Below are positions 7,424-19,400 of a DNA stretch of 64,000 nucleotides, piece after piece; the first letter of the stretch is position 1, and every line of letters starts with the position of its first letter. The translations under genes and the position numbers were made by a program. This DNA is from Candidatus Altimarinota bacterium (GTDB lineage: Bacteria; Patescibacteriota; Gracilibacteria; CAIRYL01; GCA-016699755). The stretch spans positions 96,001 through 160,000 of the forward strand of contig OY760935.1 of assembly GCA_963664295.1 (NCBI GenBank), written 5' to 3'. The notes under the pieces were generated by a model, which saw only the letters and a program-made list of their open reading frames with translations, searched no databases and was not told where the DNA came from.

Positions 7424-10400
7424 ATGAAAAACAAAAAACAAAAAACAAAAAAAAATGGATTTTTTTCTAATTTAGGCACTAAATTTATTGTTTTAGCTTT
7501 TGTTTTTCAATGTATTTTTCCTTCTTCAGCAATTGCAGAAAAAGTTGTTGATGATTTTTCAGAAACAGCAAAAACAACAGAGCAGGATTTTGAGGTAGCG
7601 ACAGAGGATGAGGTAAATATAACAGAAGAAACAGTAAACACAGAGGAAAATTCAGCAGAAAACCAAGAAATACTAGAGAATGAAGAGGTGGAAGAAGTAG
7701 GAACTCAACAAGAATTAGAGAAATTAGAGCCAGAAGAAACAAAAGAAAATGAACTTGAGATAGAAATTAAAGATGCAGTAGTAGCTCCGGAAGAAATTAA
7801 AGAAGAAGTAAAAGAAGAAAGTAATCAAGAAGAAAATTTAAATAATCAAGAAGACCAATTTTTAAAAGAAAATACTGCAAATCAACAAAAAGCTTCCTTG
7901 TTGGACAGTATTTTTCCTGAAGAAGAAGATGAGCCCAAAGAGGAGTTTTCAGAGTTTGGAGACGAAGAAGAGAATGATAAAAACAAAGAAAATAGTAATA
8001 ATGTTGATGAAGAAACAGTAAGTACTCCAGAAATTGAAGCATTAGCAAATGTGCAACCTGATTTGAAAAAAAATAGCAAAGAAGAAAGGAAAGAAGCAAT
8101 GGAAGATAAAATTGTCGAAAAATTAATAGAAAGAGAATTTACAGAAAAAGACTTGCTAATATCAGCAAAAGAAAATGGCATTGAAAGTATTAAAAATGAA
8201 AATCCTGAAAAAGCTCCTGAGCTTATTGAGGAATTAAAAGAAGAAGGTGTTATTGCTACAATTATTGACAATAACGGCATAGAAAGAGAATTAAATTCTG
8301 AATTAAAAATAAAAGAAGAAAAAAATCATTTTAATACTAAAAATACTGCTTATGAAACAGAAATACCATTAGAAGCAAGTGATTTAATGGTTATTGCAGA
8401 AGATGAAGAGCTTGCAGGAAAGTTAATTGACTCAAAAGAAAAAAAAGTTATTCAGCAAGATTTTACTCCTGAGACAAGAGAGGAAATACGCTATTTGATG
8501 CGAGATGTTAATAAATCTAATGCTATTCAAGATGGTAATAAAGTTTTGTATCAAGATATTTGGGAAGAATCTGATTTATTGGTAACTACTTTAAATCAAG
8601 GAATAAAAGAAGATATTATTTTAAAAAACTCTAATGCACCATTAGAATTTGATTATGTGATTGAAACTGTTGGCTTAGAGCTTGTTGTTAAGGGGGATGG
8701 TGGACTTTCTTTTGTGGACAGAAAAGGGCAAGAAAAATTTTACACTCCACCGCCAAATATAACTGATGTTAATGGGTTTAAATCTTCTAATAGTATTCGT
8801 TATGAGTTGGGCTGGGGACAGCAGAGACCTCAAACCTCAGAAGAAAATACAGAAGAAACTCAAGAAGAAGTAGTTCCAGCAGAAATTGAAACACCAACAG
8901 AAGAAAACCCAGTTGAACAAGTAGAACAAGAAACTCAAGAAGAGCAAGTAGAACAAGAGGAGGTAATTAGTGGCGAAGAAGAATTTTTTGCTCCAGAACC
9001 TAAAGATCCAGAAACTTCTCAAGCCTCAGAAGAAAATACAGAAGAAACTCAAGAAGAAGTAGTTCCAGCAGAAACTGAAACACCAACAGAAGAAACCCTA
9101 GTTGAACAAGTAGAACAAGAAACTCAAGAAGAGCAAGTAGAACAAGAGGAGGTAATTAGTGGCGAAGAAGAATTTTTTGCTCCAGAACCTAAAGATCCAG
9201 AAACTTCTCAAACCTCAGAAGAAAATACAGAAGAAACTCAAGAAGAAGTAGTTCCAGCAGAAATTGAAACACCAACAGAAGAAAACCCAGTTGAACAAGT
9301 AGAACAAGAGGCAACTCCTGAAAGCGAACAAGTAGAACAAGAGGCAACTCCTGAAAGCGAACAAGTAGAACAAGAGGCTCAAGAAGAAGATATTGCTGAA
9401 GAAATTGTTTCTTTTGGTGATTTTTTTGTTCCTGAAAAAAGAAAGGCACATTTCGCATCTTATTCTGAAGGGATAGTAAGAATGAAAAAACAAATTTTTG
9501 ATCCTGAAAATTATGAAAAAATAATTAAAAAAACTTACGAAAGTGTTCAGGAGGAAGTGAGAAATTTTTCTCTTATTAGAAATGAGCACTTATTTGCATC
9601 AAGTGAACAAGATGCAGACTTGTTTGATTTTTTGGTCGCAGAAGCAGGCGCAGAAATATCAGAGGAAGAAATGCTTCAAGCGGAGTCTGCCGAAACAACA
9701 GAAGAGCAAGCAGGGGAGTCTGTGGATACAACTACTGAAACAACAGAGGTATTTATTGAAGAAGATTTTACAGTAGAAGTAGAAGAAGTTTTAGATGATA
9801 CCGCAGAAACAGAATTAGAAGGCAATAATCAAGAAAATAATGATGAAAACTTATTATCACAAGATGAGAATATTGATAGTACCAATTTAAATGATGGGCA
9901 AAATAATGAACAAGATTTATCGTTAGAACAAGAAGGTCAAGCTGAACAAGATGAAGATAATCAGGGAAATGTTCAAGAAAGCAATCTTGATAATCAGGAT
10001 ATTATTCCTGAGCAAGAACAAGTTGAGGAAGTTGATAGTCAGGAAGACGATTTTGATCAAGAAGAAGAAAGCGCGGAAACAGACTTATCTGATCAAGATG
10101 ATGCTAACAGTCAAACAGGTGAAGAAATTGTGAGCGATACTTTGGAAAATTTAGAAACAGAAGAGCAAATAAGTACAGAAGAAACAACACAAGAAGAAGC
10201 AAATGAAACAGAGCAAGAAAATATACAAGATTTTAACGAAGAAGAAGAAAACACTAATCAAACTGAAGATCAATTGCAAAGTGCTCAAGAAGATCAAATT
10301 TCTTCAGCAGAGGAAGAATTTTTTGCTCCTGAGGTGTCAGTGCAAGATTCTAATTTTGATATAAGAAAATTTGAAATCGAACAATTTAAAAATTCATATG

Positions 10401-13400
10401 AAGATTATCAAGAAATAGAAACCCAAAATGGTATTTTGCGCAGATATAAAATAAAATTAAAAATAGAAACAAAAAAAGAAATAGAGCAAGATCAAAATGC
10501 AGTGACATTAAAAAATGGACTTACATTGAGTTATCCTCTTGATGTTGATCCAACTTTTTATGTTGTTACATTTGATTCAATAGAAAAAGAGACTATTGCA
10601 ATGGGACAAGCTTCAATTTATGCTAATTTATATAATGATAATAAAGATTACTGGAACTTAAAATCACCTTCTAGGGTTTTTAAAGACAGTGCTGGTCATT
10701 TTTTTGTTGTTGATCAGCAAAATCATAGAGTAAAAATATGGAATAGTGAGCCTACATCTTATAATGACAAACCAGACATTATTTTAGGTCAATTTGATGA
10801 ATATGCAACTAGTAGTACAAGTGTTACTGCTGGTAGTTTTTATCAGCCTTATGGTATTGCTAGTGATGGAACTAGATTGGCTATTACTGATAATGGTCGT
10901 CATCGTGTTTTAATTTGGAATACTTTTCCAACTGAAAACAATCAAGATGCTGATTTGGTAATTGGACAAACTAGTTTAACTGCTTCTGGGTCAAACAATG
11001 GTGGTCGTGACGCAGGCTCTCTTTATTATCCTTCGGGAGTTTTTATGACTAATAATAAATTATTAGTTGCTGACACCAATAATCATCGTGTTTTAATTTG
11101 GAACACTTTTCCAACTGAAAATAACCAAGATGCTGATATAGTTCTTGGTCAGCCTGATTTTACTGGTGGATCTGCTAACAATGGTGGTCGTGACGCAGGC
11201 TCTCTTTATTATCCTAATGGTGTTTGGACAGATGAAACCAAATTGATGATTGCTGATTATTATAATCATCGTGTTTTAATTTGGAATACTTTTCCAACTG
11301 AAAATAATCAGGACTCTGATGTAGTTATTGGTCAAACTGATTTTACATCTAGCTCTTCATCAAGTGCTGTTAATGGTCTTTATAGGCCAAGATGTGTTTA
11401 TTTTGATGGATCAAAATTATTTATAACCAGTACAAGTGCGCATAAAGTTTTTATATATAATAGCATACCTAGTGCAAATGGAGTGTCAGCAGACATTACT
11501 GTTGGAACAGGTAGTGCTAGTGCGACTCAAGATCGATTAAATAACCCTGGAGGAGTTTTTTCTGATGGCACTAAGCTTTTTGTTGCTGATACCAACAATC
11601 ATCGTATTATGGTTTGGAACTCAATTCCAACCACAGACAGTGAAAATGCTGACTTGGTAATTGGTCAAACTGATTTTACTTCCAATATCACAAGCTTACC
11701 AATGGACGGAAGTGAACTTAGTAGTCCAGGTTATGTTTTTAAAGACATTAATGGTCGTGTTTTTGTGGCAGACACAAGTAATAACCGTGTTCTTATTTGG
11801 GATCAACAACCCACTGACTTTAATGTTCCTGCTGATGTAGTTGTTGGTCAAAGTAATATGACTTCCAACAGTTATTCTTGTTCTAGTACTAGACTCAGAT
11901 ATCCTCAAGAAGTTTACAGTGATGGCACTAAGCTTTTTGTTCTTGATACAGACAACAATCGTATTCTTATTTGGAACTCAATCCCAACTAGCAATGGTCA
12001 AGCTGCTGATGTGGTTGTTGGTCAGGATGATTTTACTACTAACAGTGTAAATGCTGGAGAAGGATGGTCATCAAATAATAAAGGTTTTAACGAGCCTTAT
12101 GGTTTTGCTGTTCATGATGGAAAATTGTTAGTTGCTGATAAAGAAAACCACAGGGTTCTTGTGTGGAACTCAATCCCAACAAGCAATGGTCAAGTTGCTG
12201 ATTTAGTAATAGGTCAGGACGATTTTGGATACAATAAATCAAATCGTTTTAGCAGTTTAACAACAGCTCCAGGTCATGTTTTTAAAGATGTTAATGGTCA
12301 TTTTTATTTAGCTGACAGTAGTTATAATAGAGTTTTAATTTGGTTTACTGAACCTTTGAACGACACCACTGTTCCTGATCTTGTTCTCGGTCAACCTAAT
12401 TTTATTGAAACTACTGGTAATAATGGTGGTTATTCAAAAGGCCTTAGTGATCCTTATGCTGTTTATAATGATGGAGTGAGACTTTTTGTTGCAGATACTG
12501 GCAATAATAGGGTTTTAATTTGGAACTCAATGCCAACTGAAAATCATCAGGCACCTGATCTTGTTCTTGGTCAGCCAGATATGACCACTAATTCAGCAAA
12601 TTATGGTGGAATAAGCGCAAGTACTTTTTATCGTCCTACAGGTGTTTATAGTGATGGAAATAAAGTTTATGTTTATGATCGTGTAAATAATAGGGTTTTA
12701 ATTTGGAATTCAATCCCAACTAGCAATGGTCAAGCTGCTGATCTTGTCTTAGGTCAAAACGATATGACTTGTACTACCAACAATAATAATGGTAGCTGTT
12801 CAGGTGGTAGCGTTGCTGATAATAATTTTTATTTTTATACAAATAATAACACTCATCAACCTATTGCTGGTGATGATACTTATTTTTATGTTTCTGACAC
12901 ATATAATCATCGTGTTTTAGTTTGGAATAAGGCTAATATTACAACAAATATGCAATCTGCGGATTTTGTTGTTGGTCAAGATGATTTTACAAGTTCATCT
13001 TATGTTCAAAATAATAAAAATGGTTTATATAGACCAAATGCTTTGGCTGTAAGTGATAGTAAATTATTTATAGCATGTGATGACGGAACTTTAAGAATTT
13101 ATAATCCAAAACCAACCACAAATACCAAGGTGGCAAATGTTATTGCTACTAATGGTTTTTATACTGTTTTTGCTAATAATCAAAAATTATATTTACCAGG
13201 TGCGCGCAAAGTTTGGAGCACAATACCAACTATTGACACAAGTGTGCATTCTTTTAGTTATTATTTTTCAAAGGCACCTAATGCTATCACTGCAAATGCT
13301 TTTGACACACCTTATAGTGTTGATGTTAGCTCTGACGGGAAAATGATGGTTGCTGATTATGAAAATAGTCGTGTTTTGATTTGGAATCAAATTCCAAATG

Positions 13401-16400
13401 ATAATACTACCTCTGCTGATGTTGTGGTTGGTCAGATGTTTTTTGATAAAAAAACCACTGGTTCTGATGCTGATAGCTTAAATAAGCCAGTTGACGCCTT
13501 TACTGATGATGAACGTTTTTATGTTGTTGATCGTAATAATGGACGAGTTCTTATTTGGAACCAAGTTCCAGAAGAAAATAATGCATCCGCTGATTTTGTT
13601 GTAGGTCAACCAGATTTGATTACCACGGGGCATAATACAGGAGGAATTGGTGAAAATTCTTTATATAATCCTGCTGGAGCTTTTTCTGATGGCGAAACTA
13701 TGTTTATTGCTGATCAGTCAAACCATAGAATACTTGTTAAGCCTATAGACTTTATTGCTGATTATCAAATATCAGCTGATATGGTAATAGGTCAGCCAAG
13801 TTATTACACAAATGATATAGATCATGTTGAAATTCAAAATTTATATCAACCAACTAGTGTATTTAAAGACAGTGTAGGAAGATTTTATGTTGTTGACACT
13901 AAATTTAACAGAATAAAAATTTGGAACACAGAGCCAGCAGATAACTCAGTAGAACCTGATTTAGTATTAGGTCAGTTGTATCATTATCGCACAACAGAAA
14001 ATGATGGAGGAGCTGGCATTGGAACAATGAATCAGCCATTTGATGCTTATAGTGATGGCGACAGGCTTGTTGTTTCTGATGGAAACAATAATCGTGTTCT
14101 TATTTGGAATGAATTTCCAACAAATGAAGACAAAAATCCTGACTTAGTCCTTGGTCAAACAGATTTTAGTGGTACTTATGGCAATATGGCAACTACTATT
14201 ACTAATAAAGGATTAAATGCCCCGAGAGGTGTTTTGATTGTAAATGGAAAATTGGTTGTTGCTGACTCAAGCAATAATCGTGTTTTGATTTGGAATGAAT
14301 TTCCAACAGAAACCGGTCAGCCTGCTGATGTTATTCTTGGTCAGCCAGAGATTGGCGTAGTTACTGCTAATAATGGTGGCATAAGTGCAAGTTCGATGAA
14401 TGGACCTACAGGTCTTTGGAGTGATGGCACCAAGTTGTTCGTTGCTGATATGGGCAATAATCGTGTTCTTGTTTGGAATGAATTTCCAACAGAAATTGGT
14501 GAACCAGCTGATTATGTAATTGGTCAGGCTGATTTTGTTTCTAATGTTTCTAGTAATTCTGCTAGTGGTCTTGCTAATCCTTATGATATTGAGAGTGATG
14601 GCACTAGATTGTTTATTTCACTTCGACCTTATAATGTTATTTTTGTTTATAATACAATTCCAACAGCAACTGGTGCTACTGCTGATTATGTGATTGGACA
14701 ATCAGGATTTGGCTCTAATTCAAGTACTCTTGATGCAAGTCATTTGTATTATCCAAATGAATTTTTTGTTGATAGCAGTAAAGTTTATGTTGCAGATAAT
14801 TATCATCATCGTATTATGATTTGGAATAGTATTCCAACTACTAGCGGAGTGAGTGCAGATAAGGTTATAGGGCCTGATGATTTTACTAGTACAGCAGAAA
14901 ATGTAAGAGATGGTATTGGGCTTAGGGATCCTTATGATGTCCATGTAGACCTAAATGGAAAAATGTTTGTTGTTGATAATAACAACAACCGTGTGCTTAT
15001 TTGGAATTCTGTGCCAACTGACAATAAAACGCCTGCTGATGTTGTGCTGGGGCAATCTAACATGAGCACCAATGGTTATGCCAGTGGCTCAACAGGATTG
15101 CGTAATCCTCAAAGTGTTTATAGTGATGGAACTAAGTTGTTTGTCGCTGATTATGGCAATAACCGTGTTTTAATTTGGAACTCAATACCAACTAGCAATG
15201 GTCAAAGTGCTGATGTAGTTGTTGGTCAAACTAATTTTACCAACACTGGAGGATCAGATAGTTATACAACCGATAGTGATAAACTTACTCGCCCAACAGC
15301 AGTACAGGTTTATAATGGTAAATTATTAGTTGCCGACAAAGAAAGCCAGCGCGTTCTTATTTGGAATTCAATACCAACTACAAATGGTCAAGATGCTGAT
15401 GTTGTAATAGGTCAGCCAAATATGACTGTGAAAGAATATAATTTTCCAGAAACATATCATACGAGTGGCGATGAGCTTAGTGATCTAACAAAAGACTCTA
15501 GCGGAAAATATTACTTTTTAGATAGAGGTTATAATCGTGTTTTGATTTTTAATTCAAAGCCAAGTTCGCGAAATCAAGTGCCCGATGTTGTTGTAGGTCA
15601 GCCTAATAAGTACTTAATTCATGCAAACTCAGGAGGATCACTTACTGCCTCAACATTGAAATTACCTTGTGGTTTGGCAGTTTATGGTACGAAATTAATA
15701 GTTGCTGATTCAGACAATAATCGTGTTTTGATTTGGAACACAATTCCAACTACAGATGGTCAATCCGCAGATGTTGTGCTTGGACAAGCAAGTTTTACAT
15801 CAAGTAGTTCAAATTATGGTGGTCGTTCGGCTTCTAGTTTAGCTAATCCTAAAGATGTGGCTGTGACAGCTGATGGCAAGTTGCTTGTTGCTGATCAAGG
15901 CAATCATCGTGTTTTGATTTGGAACACTATTCCAACAGCAAATAATGCCTCTGCAGATGTGGTTATGGGGCAATCAGACTTTACAAGCAATACAACAAAC
16001 GGGTCGGACTTAATTCATTTATATGTTCCTAGATCAATTACTATAGAAGGGGACGAAATTTTAGTTGCAGGAAATAAATCAATGATTTGGAGTTCTTTAC
16101 CAACAACTAATGGTGAATCAGCTTATTATTATGGAGGAAATTATGATAAATTATTAGTAAAGGGTGATTGGCTTTATTATACTTATAACAATATCTATAA
16201 AACTGCTTGGCCATTGGGTGCAAGTCCAAGTTGGGAGCTCGTTGGTTCAGCCTATACTGACAACATGGAAGATCTTGGTGATGGTGATTATTTCTATACT
16301 TTTAGTGATTACTGGGAAGAATGGGAAATCCCTTGCGATGCTTGTGAAGATAATTATAGTACGGATATTACTTGGGGTTATCATAAAGAGAAACGAGATG

Positions 16401-19400
16401 ACACTCTTTATAACCCAGAAGACCTTTATGTAGATGGTAATGGCAAGTTATATATTGTTGATAGTCTTAATTATCGCATATTAGTTTATAATTCCATTCC
16501 TACTAGTAATGGTGCTAGTGCTGATTTAGTTTTTGGTGATAGTAATTATACATTGACACCAAAAGCAGTTTTTGCGAGAGATGATGGCAGAGTGTATGTT
16601 TCTGATAATTACGACAGAATACAATATTGGGATAGTGTATCTAGTGTTTTGGATATGCCAGATAAAACTTTTGGCCAAAGAGAATTAAACGGAAAAGAAG
16701 GTACTGATACAGGGCCCCATACGCTAACAGGGGCTATCTATGGCATTTATGGTGATGACAACGGTCTTTATGTTGCTGATAAAGATGATAATCGTGTTTT
16801 AATATTCAAGCATTCAGGAGCGCCTTCAGTTAATAACTTAATGCAATATGAAAATAATGGCACAACAGAAATACCAACAGGTGAGTCAACATATAGCGGA
16901 GAAACAAATAATATAGTTATTAAGGCTGACTTAAACAATCCTCTTAATGAAATTGATCAATCGCAAGTAAAAATGTTTGTGGAAGTTCAGAGATTAGAAG
17001 ATGATTTTGTTAGCTCTGGTTCCGAAATATATGATATTGCTCTGATGGCTAATGACCCTGAAAATGGCAACAAAGTGACCAGCGGAACAGGCATATATCA
17101 AAGCACTTGGTCTGCATTAGGGGATTATAGCTCAACTGCTTATGAGTCTGTAATCAATATTACTGATTTGGATAAAAGGCTTTATAAATGGCGAGCAATA
17201 GCATATAACGGTAGTCAATATTCATATTGGCAAAGAAAAGGTTCTTGTCAGAGTTTTGTTATTGCTTCTGCAACTGCTCCAGTTTTTGTTTCTGCGGATC
17301 AGTTCAAGACAGACGCAGTGACTAATATTCCAAACACAGAATATACAAATGAAACAGCAGTAAGACTAAAAGCATCTGGTACTGACGCGGACTCAGATTC
17401 ATCATTAATATTTTATTTTGAGTTAAGAAAAAATACTGATTCTTTCAGCTCTCCCGCTATTCCAAATATGTGTGATGCTTGTCCAAGTGGAACAGGTTTT
17501 GATAATTGTGCATCAAAAATTTGGTATGTGACATTAGATGAAGGGGATTATACAACTACTCCAGGAGAAGGCATTGTTCATATTCTTGGACTTAGTAATG
17601 ACGAATATAAATGGCAAGTAAATGTTTCAGATGGAGGTAATTTTGCTGGCTGGGAAGCCTACAACACAACTACTCCTAATTTTGAAGTAGATTATTTAGT
17701 GCCAGTGTTTACAATCACAGATGATGTTCATGCAACTTGGAACACAACAGACACAATTGCTGTCTCTGTTGTTGACCAAGGCCCATCAGACATAGATGAA
17801 ACATATTGGACATATTCAGAAGATGAATTCTGTAATTCAGAAGATGTGTTTGCTAATACAGGAACCAGTGTTGATGTTGCTGATTATCAGAAATATGTTT
17901 GCTTTAAATCATTTGATAACGCGGGTAATTTTGCTTACTCATCAGTAATTGGTCCTTTGAAATGGGACATTACAGGTCCAACTTTTACAATCACAGATGA
18001 TATAAATTCAACTTGGAATACTTCTGATACAGTTGAAGTTAGTGTTGCTGATCCAAACACACCATTTGGCCCTGATGGTTCGGGCATAGGAGCAACAACG
18101 AATTGGGGATTTTCTTCTAATGCAATTTGTAATGCAAGTGATAATTATGGCAATAGTGGTACTTCAACTGGCGCAATAACAACTGACCACACAGATTATG
18201 TTTGTTTTACCAATACGGATCAACTTGGAAACATTGGTTATTCTGAAGCAATAGGACCATTAAGAGTAGGAACAGAAAAGCCAACTTTTACTATTACAGA
18301 TGGAGTGAGTCATTTTTGGAATACAGAAGACACAATTGCAGTTAATGTCACTGCTTCAGTAGGTGGCGACCCAGGCACAACTTATTGGGGATTTTCATCA
18401 GATCCTGGCTGTGATGACACAGACACTTATCCAAACACTGGTAGCTCTTTACTTGTTAATTCAGGTCCACACACAGATTATATTTGTTTTACTAATACAG
18501 ATACACTTGCTCGTACAGGTTATTCTGCTCCGATTGGTCCTTTAAAATGGGATACTGCAAAGCCGGTAGTGACTTCTTTAAGTGTTAGCCCAAGCTCTGT
18601 TAACCCAGGTGGCATAGGTAATATTACTACTGATGTTTCGGATGCTGATTCAGGAATTAATACATGTAAAGCATGGCTTTCTGATTTTCCTGGTTTACCA
18701 GCATTATTGCTTCATTCTAACAATGATAATGCCTCTACCACCTTTAATGATTCTTCAGAAAATGACTATACACTTAATTTACATGGCAACATAAAACATT
18801 CTATTTTACAGAAAAAATTTGGTAAAAGCTCAATCTTTTTTGATGGTAATTCATACTTAAGTATTGATAATAATGATGAGTGGGATTTTGGAACAAACGA
18901 TTTTACAATTGATTTTTGGATTTACCCGCAATCAAATGGAGCATCAGAACATAATGGTATACTTTCTAGTATAGACACTAGTAATCAAGGTTGGTCTTTT
19001 GAGCTAGATGATTCTGAGAATATAAGATTTTTTGCTAGAGATAGCGGAGGAACAATGTTTATAACACTAGAAGGTTCAACATCGCTAAGCTTAAACACTT
19101 GGCATCATGTTGCCTTAATTAGAAATGGTGATGATTTTAACTTATATGTAAATGGACAAAGTGTTGATTCTGATACAAAAATAAACGCAATTGACAATTT
19201 AGATAATGAACTTTGGATTGGAAAAAGAAATAATTATCACAATTTTAGTGGTTATCTTGATGAAATACGCGTAATAAAAGGAGTTGCTCGCTGGACAGAA
19301 AATTTTTCTGGTAATTTACCAAGCACAATTCATGCAGATGAAATATTTTTAGCTAATCTTGGCACTGATTGTGATGGCCCTGCTAGTTTTCCAACAGAAA

